From Nitrososphaerales archaeon (GTDB lineage Archaea; Thermoproteota; Nitrososphaeria; Nitrososphaerales; UBA213): DNA of 64,000 bases. Shown here one piece after another: positions 1-9,321 of the stretch. The stretch's first letter is position 1, and every line of letters starts with the position of its first letter. The stretch is from NCBI GenBank assembly GCA_965197925.1, contig CBDAOC010000018.1, positions 128,001 to 192,000 of the forward strand, read 5' to 3'. The notes beneath the pieces were generated by a model. That model had not been told where the DNA came from, made no database searches, and worked only from the letters and a program-made list of their open reading frames with translations. The position numbers and the translations under genes are program-made.

Positions 1-2
1 CG

Positions 3-1268
3 GAAAAAATAATTCATGAAGAAAGTGAGCAAAATTTTTGCAGTTACTATCTTCAGAAGTTCAAGGCATTGATGGCTAGCCATACCATCTTTAATTATTC
101 AGTCTATCTTTCACTTATGCAATATACCCATGAACTACCGACAAAAAATGTGTTGATATGGGATGAAGCTCACGATTTAGAGAATCATATTGTAAACTTT
201 TATGGTATAACAATATGGAAGGGATGGGCCGACTTTACCAACACTCAATTTCCAAAGTTTAGAGCCGGCGAGGGCAAGGATGTAGCAAAGTGGCTCGAGT
301 ATCTTAAAGTTTTATCAAGACAATATAAAGAATTCATCGATACCTGTAGGGCATCAATCAGAGCAGGAAAGCAAACTAATTCATACAATCACTCTACTTT
401 GAAAAAAGCTGAAGAAAGAGCTGAGAAGATAGAGTTTGTTCTGCAGGAGATAATGGGAGATATGAATAACTATGTTGTGACTAAGGTGAACAGAGATCTA
501 GTGGATAATATAAAGTCTGTAAACATTGAACCAATAGATATAAGCAAACAAGGGGTAAAAATGTTTGCCAGTGCGGGGCTCAATATCTTTATGAGTGCTA
601 CAATCAACAAACAGGTATTCTGCAGAAGTGCTGGTATACCTTCCCACGAATGCATCTTCATTGAGGTAAAACATACACCTTTCGCAGTACAAAATAGAAT
701 GGTCAACTTTCTCAATGTTGCTAGGCTTGGAGCAAATTCAAGCACCAGCGATATGGATACGGTAGTAAGAAAAATAGATGAGCTTATGTCAAAACACAGG
801 ACCGAGAAGGGCCTTATTCTGACCACGTCGTACAAACAAGTTTCCGAGATTGAAATTGGGTTATCAGAAGAGAATGCATCTAGGTTAATGAGTACTGGAA
901 ATGAATACCTTACTCGCTCGGATATACTGAAAAATCACATAGAATCGAAAAAACCCGCTGTTCTCATTTCACCTTCTCTATGGCAAGGGATCGATTTGAA
1001 GGATAAACAGAGCAGGTTCCAGATAATTGTGAAGGCCCCCTTTTTGGATCTTGGTGATGGGCGTATCAACGCCAAGAGGAATCTGGATCCACACTGGTAT
1101 AATGTACAAAGTGGAATGAAACTGATACAGGGATGCGGAAGAAGCATTAGGCATCATGAAGACTACGCTGTAACATATGTATTAGATACAAACGCTACAT
1201 CATTACTAAACCGTATTTCCAATGAAGTGCCTGACTGGTTTAAGGAATCTGTAAGGGGTGTATGGTGA
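3..1268 (+). CDS. DinG/XPD-like SF2 DNA helicase, C-terminal part (runs off the left edge)
   Basis: Frame open from nt 3 (EKIIHEESEQNFCSYYLQK...); WDEAH motif II, MSAT motif III, SLWQGIDL, QGCGRSIRH motif VI. Confidence 0.85.
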   Translation, partial: EKIIHEESEQNFCSYYLQKFKALMASHTIFNYSVYLSLMQYTHELPTKNVLIWDEAHDLENHIVNFYGITIWKGWADFTNTQFPKFRAGEGKDVAKWLEYLKVLSRQYKEFIDTCRASIRAGKQTNSYNHSTLKKAEERAEKIEFVLQEIMGDMNNYVVTKVNRDLVDNIKSVNIEPIDISKQGVKMFASAGLNIFMSATINKQVFCRSAGIPSHECIFIEVKHTPFAVQNRMVNFLNVARLGANSSTSDMDTVVRKIDELMSKHRTEKGLILTTSYKQVSEIEIGLSEENASRLMSTGNEYLTRSDILKNHIESKKPAVLISPSLWQGIDLKDKQSRFQIIVKAPFLDLGDGRINAKRNLDPHWYNVQSGMKLIQGCGRSIRHHEDYAVTYVLDTNATSLLNRISNEVPDWFKESVRGVW

Positions 1269-1780
1269 TATTTCCTATGAATTTTTGATGTGTTACAATT
1301 GAAATGAAATAATCTTTGGTAATTATCTTTCATTGGACCATTACTATCCATTAAACTCATTCATCTTTGTAATCTTCCCCATGCTCATTGCTCTCCTCCA
1401 TTAGTTCTTCTACCTGACTTGAGTTAGGACTCAATTCTAGCTAAATCAGTACTGCAGGTGTGGCTTGTTTGTCAAGAATATTCCCATATAATTGGAACCG
1501 TTCTAAAATCAGCGGGTATCTAATTCTAAACTATGGGTACCGTTATGGAAGAATCTTTGATAAATCTGGATGGGCAATAACTAGATGGACCTATAAACGA
1601 TAAGATTTTATCAATAAAGAATAAATCCGTAACTGATTCCGCTAAAATATTTAACCAGTGTAAACAAATGACAAAATACTGACGGTAGTTACCCTACCGA
1701 CGTCAAATTTACCGTTATAAATACAGTTATTCACTCGTTAATTTCGTTGTCTTTAAAATAACATGGTTCTAAGATTGATT

Positions 1781-2066
1781 TTACGTTATTGGAGTAACCG
1801 TTTTACGTTATTAACGGGCGAAGTTACGTTTTTTTCAATGATACGTTAATAACAGAGATTCTTACGTTAATAATTTGGTAGTTTACGTTATTTAGGGCCA
1901 ATTTATGTTATTCTCTCCATAAAAACGGTATTTTGGGGGTTAATACACGTTATTTCTGCTAAATTACGTTATTTATGTTATTTTTCACGGTTTTACACCC
2001 TGTATTTAGGTATGAATTTGACAAGCAAAAATTAACGGAAATAACGCAAGTCCACGTTAATAACGG
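1781..2066. repeat. Array of short (T)TACGTTA(T/A) motifs with ~21-bp period, iteron-like
   Basis: ACGTT/ATGTT/ACGGT cores at 1783, 1805, 1826, 1843, 1864, 1885, 1905, 1925, 1947, 1966, 1987; inverted TAACG copies at about 2033-2065. Confidence 0.7.
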
Positions 2067-2537
2067 TTCAAAAACAAAGGAGCGAAAGATGTAGCGGTAT
2101 CAAGTGGCAAAATTTATAATCATTTTATTCAATCTCGGAATTAGTCTTGTACAGAAAATAAGAGATACTGCGGTTGCAAAAATAGCTTCATTAACCCTAA
2201 TTTTTTACTAATCACTAGTAAAGTTGAATCTAATGTTGATAATCGAGTATACCATAAAATGGGCTTCTTGATATACACATAAAAAATTCTCAATTTCAAG
2301 CTCAATAATTTAAGGGCTAAACTGCTGTGCGGGTTAGGAATCGCCCTTTTATGAGCGCGTTCTTACTGTAAGTTTTTTTTCCAATCCACCCAATCGTCAA
2401 CAATAGCCCTTTTAGTTTAATGCTTGAATAAAGAATACAATCTTACCCTTCCTTGATCTTAATTCATGATACTTTTTGGTTCTAAATATTTATCCCTTAA
2501 TCATTAAAAGAAAGGGCTTTATCCTTCGATATATAAG

Positions 2538-3185
2538 GTGGACCTAATGAGTGTGAACAAAATACAGGAATCAGTAGATGGCATAACAAACGATCTCAAA
2601 AGTTTAGAAGAACGAAGGGAGAAGTTGATCAATGGAACTAGAGATGTTATCTTGCTCTGCTCAAAGTCAATAGTAGCATTGCACAATGGAAAGTATGAAG
2701 AAGCATTGGAGCTAGCAGACAAAGCGAAAGTCTTACTAGATGAATTGAGGCATTTTGCTAAGGTAGACCTTTACAGGTATCTCATATCCGCAGAGACAGA
2801 ATTTGTAGAAGCAAATGCTCTACAAGCAATAATTTCAGGTTCTAATATTCCTTCAATAGAAACGCTGCATGTACATGACAATTCGTACATTTTAGGTTTG
2901 CTTGACTGCGTTGGTGAACTAAAGAGGTTGATCTATGATCAGATACGTAAGGGAAAGAGTGATGATGCAAGAAATTTGTTTGATTTAATGGAACAGATCT
3001 ACATAATGCTCTCCCCGTTAGCCATTTACGACAATATAGTTCAAGGTGTAAGAAGAAAGTTAGACGTAGCAAGAAAACTAATTGAAGACACTAGAGCTGT
3101 TATTACCGAAGATTCAAGAAGGCTAACTTTGCTGGAATCTATTGACAGATTGCATAATCAACTGTCTGAAAGGAGTCTAGAGTGA
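2538..3185 (+). CDS. Translin/C3PO-family RNA-binding nuclease
   Basis: RREKLINGTRDV, ETEFVEA, YILGLLDCVGELKR, RRKLDVAR motifs typical of archaeal translin. Confidence 0.85.
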   Translation: MDLMSVNKIQESVDGITNDLKSLEERREKLINGTRDVILLCSKSIVALHNGKYEEALELADKAKVLLDELRHFAKVDLYRYLISAETEFVEANALQAIISGSNIPSIETLHVHDNSYILGLLDCVGELKRLIYDQIRKGKSDDARNLFDLMEQIYIMLSPLAIYDNIVQGVRRKLDVARKLIEDTRAVITEDSRRLTLLESIDRLHNQLSERSLE

Positions 3186-4117
3186 AGCTCAAGTTTGGAA
3201 TAAGAGCAATACTGTATGATAATAGCTTTGAACGAATCAAGGATTATATAATTACGGCAGAAAAATTGGGCTATAACAATATTTGGGTCAATGATCATCT
3301 ACTCCCTATTGTGGGTTCCCTACAAAAACCAATGATGGAGTCCTGGACTGTCCTTTCTGTGGTTGCGCCCATAACCAAAGAGATCAGACTGGGTACGCTA
3401 GTACTTAACAATACTTTTAGACATCCACAGGTGGTCGCCAAGATGGCATCCACACTTGATATTATTAGTAAGGGAAGGCTAGAGCTGGGTATCGGGGCCG
3501 GTTGGTTCAAGAGAGAGCATAAGATGTTCGGTTTCCCCTACAAGAAACATTCTGAACGTATAGCTATGTTGACTGAGGCGCTTGAGTTGTTGAAAAAATT
3601 ATGGATTGATAAAAGGGCTAATTTCAAGGGAAATTATTATCATGTAGATAATGCTGTATGTATGCCTAAACCCTTACAGAAGCCACATCCCCCTTTGCTA
3701 ATCGGAGGTTATTCTCGAATTATACTAGATGTTGTTGCGAAGTATGCAAATAAATCTAATTTTATACTGCTATCAAGCAGGGAATTTGCAAAGAAAGCAG
3801 AGATGTTGAATGAACGATGTAAGGCAATAGGGCGGGATTATTCCAGGCTGAAAAAAAGTTTCTTTGGGGAGGCACTGGTTGTGAAATCTGAGAAGCAGAT
3901 GCATGAGGAGATACGGAGGAGGTTAAAGGTAAGGCGAATGCCAGCAAAACAGGGAGTTCAGTATTTTCAGAAGTGTATAATAGGAACATCGGAACAGTGT
4001 ATAAGTCGGATAAAGGAGTATAGTGATGCTGGTGCACAAGAGTTTATGTTGGTCTTTCCGCGGCTTGATACGAGGCAGATAAGGTCGTTTAAAGAAAATG
4101 TAATAGAATGCCTTTAA
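3182..4117 (+). CDS. LLM-class (probably F420-dependent) oxidoreductase
   Basis: IWVNDH, RLGTLV, GRLELGIGAGW, PKPLQKPHPPLLIGG. Confidence 0.9.
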   Translation: MKLKFGIRAILYDNSFERIKDYIITAEKLGYNNIWVNDHLLPIVGSLQKPMMESWTVLSVVAPITKEIRLGTLVLNNTFRHPQVVAKMASTLDIISKGRLELGIGAGWFKREHKMFGFPYKKHSERIAMLTEALELLKKLWIDKRANFKGNYYHVDNAVCMPKPLQKPHPPLLIGGYSRIILDVVAKYANKSNFILLSSREFAKKAEMLNERCKAIGRDYSRLKKSFFGEALVVKSEKQMHEEIRRRLKVRRMPAKQGVQYFQKCIIGTSEQCISRIKEYSDAGAQEFMLVFPRLDTRQIRSFKENVIECL

Positions 4118-4731
4118 CTTTAGACAATGCTCTTCACTTGCAGCTCAAGATGGCAAAGAAAGTAATAAACCATGACATATTAGGATATAATGAGATTCGA
4201 TACATTTGTGGTGTTGATGTTTCTTACCGTAATGATAAAGCATTTGCCTGTGCTGTAGTAGTTGATAAATATGATTTTACTGTAATTAGTTCTTCACACA
4301 GTATAACAACTGTGGAGAACCCGTATTTACCAGGCTTACTTTTTTTACGTGAATCAGGACCAATATTTAGAGTTTTGAAGAAGCTTGATCAACATTATGA
4401 AGTGTTGATGGTAGATGGTCATGGCATATCGCATCCTAGAATGTTCGGGCTTGCTTCCTACGTTGGAACTAAAGTTAACAAGCCTACAATTGGTGTTGCC
4501 AAGACTCTTCTCTGTGGTAATATCTCAAAAAATGGTTCACAAGCTATATTGTCAAATGGCAAAGTCGTGGGTCAAGTAATTAATACAAGTTCAAAACCTA
4601 TCTACGTTAGCATTGGTCATATGGTTAGTTTGGCAACAGCAGTAAAGCTCGTAAAGGAGGTTTCAAAGTATAGGATTCCTGAACCTATAAGGCAGGCCGA
4701 TATAAACTCGCGTAAGATGTCTAAATATTAG
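4108..4731 (+). CDS. nfi: Endonuclease V
   Basis: GVDVSY, PYLPGLLFLRE, MVDGHGISHPRMFGLAS, PTIGVAK, YRIPEPIRQAD. Confidence 0.93.
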   Translation: MPLTLDNALHLQLKMAKKVINHDILGYNEIRYICGVDVSYRNDKAFACAVVVDKYDFTVISSSHSITTVENPYLPGLLFLRESGPIFRVLKKLDQHYEVLMVDGHGISHPRMFGLASYVGTKVNKPTIGVAKTLLCGNISKNGSQAILSNGKVVGQVINTSSKPIYVSIGHMVSLATAVKLVKEVSKYRIPEPIRQADINSRKMSKY

Positions 4732-6233
4732 GCATATACTTCTGGTGTTATTTCGAACTTTTCAAAGGCTCCATTGAGTTCTTTAATCAACATATCATGC
4801 CACAGGGGGAACTCTTCAGGCTTCGTAGGGTAGTTGTTATAAAGGTCCACAAGAATCCTATTCTTGCAAGCTGTGTACTTCAATCCCTCTGAAGTTTTCT
4901 TATCAAGTGCTCCCCTAATCAATAAACCAACTTTATCAATGGTACCAAACTCTGGATGTTCGCCATGCGATATCTTTTCAATATCTAGTTTTGATAGAAA
5001 ATGTTTCATACCATAATTGATCTGCTCATTTTTCAATGTTTGTAGAAACCTCCTGAAAACCTCCAGTCCGGCCGTTTTGTATCCATACTCATGCACAAAA
5101 TCAATATTGTAATTCCATAAACCTTTTTCACTAGTATCGTTAGATTCTATAGCCTCTACAGCGTCCTTACCTGCAATGGTTGCTGCAATTATTGCAGGAC
5201 CTATACCACCTGCATCTAGCGGTTTAGGCATCCAAGCAGAATCGCCAACTACAATGTAGCCGTTCGCCACCATACAATCATTTTGTCTCCTTACTGACAC
5301 CTGCCAAGTTCCCCACCCATTTCCTTCATCTTCGCTACCATTTGCGATTTTTGGGTTCTTTATCACAGGGTTAACTTTCACATAATTATCAATCAGCATT
5401 TTCAAATTTTCAGTCTTGCCCATTGTTCTATTTCTCAACTCTAGGCTTTTCTGTTGAACCCCAAGACCTATATTCACCTTGCTCTCGCTTTTGGGAAACA
5501 CCCACGCATATCCCCCAGGAGCGATTAACTGGTCCAAGTGAATGAGAGCATAATCAGGGTCGAAATATGTCTTATCTTCGTCGCCATTGTCAAATTCATA
5601 AATGTACCTACCAGTTGCCTCGAGATCATCTCGATTTATCATTTTCTGTATATAGCTCTTGATCGAAAGATTTTGCCTCAGAACAGAGGTGACGCCTGCA
5701 CAATCTATAACAAGTTTAGCAGTTTTCTTAAAGGAAGATTTATCCGTTAGATCTGTACCAACGACTCCCCTCACAAAATCATTATCAGAATAAACAGTTC
5801 GTAGGGCAACATTCCATTTAAACTCGATACCGACCTTTTCAGCATCTTTTAGTTGTTTTTGTGGTAATAGCCTTCTGTTTAAAATGTAGCCATCACCATC
5901 AAAATAGATCGATGTTTCGTGATCGGGAGAGTAAGCAACAACGCCTTTAACTGGATGCTCTATCTCAGGTTTATTCCAAGTGATCCCAATATGCTGTGTC
6001 ATGTAATCTACACTGTTCTTTCCCACAGCATCACCACAAATCCAGCCGTTAATCGTTTTTTTACCCGCTACCGGTTGCGGATTCCTGTCCACAACTAAAA
6101 TGCTTAGACTCTGCCTAGAATATATGGATGCGGAGGTGGCAGCAATCATTCCAGCTAATCCAGCACCAGCAACGATTATGTCGTAATCAGTCTCCACATA
6201 TATAGAAAAAATTTCGTCTAATTTAAGTTTCAC
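4728..6233 (-). CDS. Geranylgeranyl reductase family flavoprotein (DGGGPL reductase-like)
   Basis: GAGLAG FAD-binding motif, ICGDAV, PGGYAWVFPK, VGDSAWMPKPLDAGGI. Confidence 0.88.
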   Translation of the reverse strand: MKLKLDEIFSIYVETDYDIIVAGAGLAGMIAATSASIYSRQSLSILVVDRNPQPVAGKKTINGWICGDAVGKNSVDYMTQHIGITWNKPEIEHPVKGVVAYSPDHETSIYFDGDGYILNRRLLPQKQLKDAEKVGIEFKWNVALRTVYSDNDFVRGVVGTDLTDKSSFKKTAKLVIDCAGVTSVLRQNLSIKSYIQKMINRDDLEATGRYIYEFDNGDEDKTYFDPDYALIHLDQLIAPGGYAWVFPKSESKVNIGLGVQQKSLELRNRTMGKTENLKMLIDNYVKVNPVIKNPKIANGSEDEGNGWGTWQVSVRRQNDCMVANGYIVVGDSAWMPKPLDAGGIGPAIIAATIAGKDAVEAIESNDTSEKGLWNYNIDFVHEYGYKTAGLEVFRRFLQTLKNEQINYGMKHFLSKLDIEKISHGEHPEFGTIDKVGLLIRGALDKKTSEGLKYTACKNRILVDLYNNYPTKPEEFPLWHDMLIKELNGAFEKFEITPEVYA

Positions 6234-6248
6234 TTTGCCAGATTAATT

Positions 6249-6326
6249 TCTTGGGTCAGTTCGTCGCGAGGTCTTCACTGCGTTTAGCTCAGACTGGAGC
6301 GGCTCGTTATTCACTTCATCCCAAGA
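6249..6326 (-). ncRNA. Candidate C/D-box sRNA
   Basis: Minus strand reads TCTTGGG-ATGAAGT(C-like)...CTGA(D')...GTGAAGA(C')...CTGA(D)-CCCAAGA, with a 7-bp terminal stem; GC-rich island in an intergenic gap. Confidence 0.6.
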
Positions 6327-6333
6327 CTAAGTT

Positions 6334-6648
6334 TTACTTCACAGTATTAAAAGTTGTTTCTATGAACCGTTTTTTGGTCTCATCAAATCTTGATGCCAGA
6401 GATCTCAAGGTACCGGATGTATCTAGCGTAGTAAACGAGTCATTCATCAACAAAAGCGTTTCCATCAGGTGTGTATAACATGATAAACTACATTTAATAA
6501 TCAGGAACCCCTCTAAATAAGATATCACCTTAAGTGATGCCATTAAAAGATCGGCCTTGTCGAATTTTTCGAGATATCGCCTTTTTATCACAGCCATGGC
6601 ATTATCACCATTATAATGTAATAGCAAGTACCGACGTTTCCGCCTCAA
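6334..6648 (-). CDS. RNase P protein subunit Pop5/Rpp14
   Basis: RRKRRYLL N-terminus and TSGTLRSL C-terminal motif; typical context next to DUF54 and S3ae. Confidence 0.8.
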   Translation of the reverse strand: MRRKRRYLLLHYNGDNAMAVIKRRYLEKFDKADLLMASLKVISYLEGFLIIKCSLSCYTHLMETLLLMNDSFTTLDTSGTLRSLASRFDETKKRFIETTFNTVK

Positions 6649-7115
6649 TTATCATCACTATTTATCAACATCTTTCTGTAATCTTCCATCCCATTACTAG
6701 AATGGAATTTATTTACTATCTTCAATTTTAACTTGATAGAATCTGCTTGCTCAAGTATAACCTTACCTTCGAGGATTTTCTGTTTACTGATCCTTAGAAA
6801 AAAAGAGCTCTTACCATCATTATAAAGGTCAAAATTGTTATGCAAAGCCAGACGATCTGTATCACTCATACTTGTTATTATCGTATATGCTATATTCGTA
6901 GCAAATTTAGTAGAGAGACTTGCCGTATATTGGATAATCTCGTTATTAAAATGACCTATGATTTTATGAGGAGTGAATTCTTCCGGTTCTATTTGCAACG
7001 TTTTTTTTATAGCAGATAATACTTTAACGCTATTTTCCGTGGCATGAATCATAACATCTATCCTCGCAGAAGCAAAAGTAACCAAGCGCATCTTATACAA
7101 ACACGCTATCCACAT
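6645..7115 (-). CDS. DUF54-family RNA-binding protein (true start probably a few codons downstream)
   Basis: IHATEN, GHFNNEI, FFLRISKQ motifs. Confidence 0.75.
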   Translation of the reverse strand: MWIACLYKMRLVTFASARIDVMIHATENSVKVLSAIKKTLQIEPEEFTPHKIIGHFNNEIIQYTASLSTKFATNIAYTIITSMSDTDRLALHNNFDLYNDGKSSFFLRISKQKILEGKVILEQADSIKLKLKIVNKFHSSNGMEDYRKMLINSDDN

Positions 7116-7165
7116 TATATAATCAGTTGTAATTTAGAAAGTGGATATTGTTATTTTGAAATCAT

Positions 7166-7786
7166 CTACACTTGTACCGTTTCAACAACTTCAGTTTTTG
7201 GTGATTCTAGTAACTTTGTCTTTCTTACAGAAATATGCCTAACTCCTACTATCTTTTTAACCTTTGCATGCATACGAGCGTTAAGTTCTGGACCGACCAC
7301 TGCTTGCACAAATTGGTTGATTGCTTTCCGTGGTATTTCATTCTGCAACACCTGGTTTATAATAGCTCTTATCTCATGCTTTTTTGAGGAATTCAACCTC
7401 CTTTGTGAAAAGGTAATTGCTGATACTCTAAATTTATATCCGTCAAGGGTAGAATAATCATTAACATAACTTATCATTGAAGATCCTCTTCTTATCAGAC
7501 TCCGCAGAAATTCTTTAGCAAACTCATGTCCATCAAAACGAGTGTAAGCAGTATCATTTTCAATCTTTTCTATCTGAAAATAAAGCTTTACAGTATGTTG
7601 TTGGGGATCAGTTTTCCAAAGTTCAAACAAGGTTACCTCTATAACCCTACCAATAGCTTTGTCTTCATCTGTTATAGGTATCTGGGCTATCTGCATATTA
7701 CCAAATGAAGGGGGCGCTTGAACTATTACCCATTTCTTATCATGCCATTTGTCCCGTACCTTTCCACCTCTCTTACGCTTTACCAT
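7166..7786 (-). CDS. rps3ae: 30S ribosomal protein S3ae (eS1)
   Basis: KVRDKWHDKKWVIVQAPPSFG, GRVIEVTL, RSLIRRGSS. Confidence 0.95.
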   Translation of the reverse strand: MVKRKRGGKVRDKWHDKKWVIVQAPPSFGNMQIAQIPITDEDKAIGRVIEVTLFELWKTDPQQHTVKLYFQIEKIENDTAYTRFDGHEFAKEFLRSLIRRGSSMISYVNDYSTLDGYKFRVSAITFSQRRLNSSKKHEIRAIINQVLQNEIPRKAINQFVQAVVGPELNARMHAKVKKIVGVRHISVRKTKLLESPKTEVVETVQV

Positions 7787-8760
7787 TGAAAAGCTGGTTT
7801 TGGTTCCAGAATATAAGTGTTAGATTGCTTTGTTCGTTTCAACTTATTTTTCTAAAACTACCCCGTACGGGCAATACCACCATGAAATTCTGTTATGAAA
7901 TTAACGCATTCATTTCTATTCTTCCATACATATTTTGAGTCAAGGACTAATCGGTTACTAACGTTTAAATTCTTGAACACATAATATGGTTACACTTCAT
8001 TCTTTTTTCATTTTTACGACAATTATTCCCGCGATGAACATTTTAAGGAATAAATTAGATGAATGATAATGCCCTGCTTATATCCTCTTCCAAACTTAAC
8101 CGTGCCCTTCATCCAATTGCAACAATGGATTTTTTTCCCTCAATGAACAACTGGTTTGTTTGACTCCAGATTATCCATCGGTAGCTTGTATACTTGTGGC
8201 ATGGTAACGTTTTGTGGGAGTAAATTGTCAGCATACTTCAAGAAATCTAAATCCTGCAGACATTTTTAAGCCTTCATGATTTGCTTATGTTCATGAGATG
8301 ATTTATGGATGAGATTGGACTCCACTTGAGATTATTCATGATATGAGAATAACTATGAGACAAATGGAACATTCTCAATAATCAGTATTTATCCTCAAGC
8401 AGTCTAGATTTTTATATTGTGCTGGATTTGGATATTAAAATTACATAATTTGTTGAATTGTTGATGAACCCTTTTGTTAAGTGCATAATATATGAAAAAT
8501 ATGAGCTGGCCAAATGAACTGACCAAACTTGGAATTCATTTATCTTTAAATACATCAAATCAAAGTTTCAATTCCTCTCATTATCCTTGATGATGAGATG
8601 CAACATCATATGAGATTGGAAGAACAAAACCATCGCATCCATGCAACAAATGTTGACATGCATATTGTCCTTCGATGGTGTATAATATGACAACTCCTAG
8701 ATCAACATTATACTATCTAAGCTTAAGGATATTACATTGCATCTATGGCTATCGACAAAT

Positions 8761-9150
8761 ATGTCAAACAACAAGTACGAAATAAAGAAGGGTATTCGAA
8801 ATGGAGCGATTGCAGGACTCATTGCAGGACTGGTGTTAGCGGTTACTATGTTTGGTACAAACACTCTGGACCTTCAAGTGCTATTGCCTACCACTCTAAT
8901 CGTAGGTGCAATATATGGTGTGTTGACATCCAACGATAGTGTTAAACCAGTAAGAACCAAAGATGCAGTATCATTGGGTGTAATTACTGGATTGGTATCT
9001 TTCGCTGTAATAGCAAAGCCAGAATCAATGCCGTACACAGAATTACTTGTGCCATTACTACAGTATGCTCTCTTTGGTGCCATCTTAGGTTGGATGACCT
9101 CATTCCTGGCTAACAGGGAAGAGAAGCAGAAGATAGGCATCCACGCATAA
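8761..9150 (+). CDS. Small membrane protein with about 4 TM segments
   Basis: Four hydrophobic Gly-rich segments; ATG at 8761; T-rich tract downstream. Confidence 0.65.
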   Translation: MSNNKYEIKKGIRNGAIAGLIAGLVLAVTMFGTNTLDLQVLLPTTLIVGAIYGVLTSNDSVKPVRTKDAVSLGVITGLVSFAVIAKPESMPYTELLVPLLQYALFGAILGWMTSFLANREEKQKIGIHA

Positions 9151-9321
9151 AGAAAGAATCCCGACTCGACTCCATAACTTTTCCTCTTTTTCTTTTTACT
9201 AATTCTTTGTAATTTGAAATTAACTTATATCATGCTAAATTAGCATAATTATTCCAAATAATAGTAAACAGACGACATTCTTCTAGAAAGGTTAAATATT
9301 CTTAGTTCTCATTTCCACGCA

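Noticed and set aside
6281..6312. tRNA-like TAGCTCAG..GGAGCG on the plus strand
   Set aside because: No T-arm or acceptor stem; better explained by the minus-strand C/D sRNA candidate
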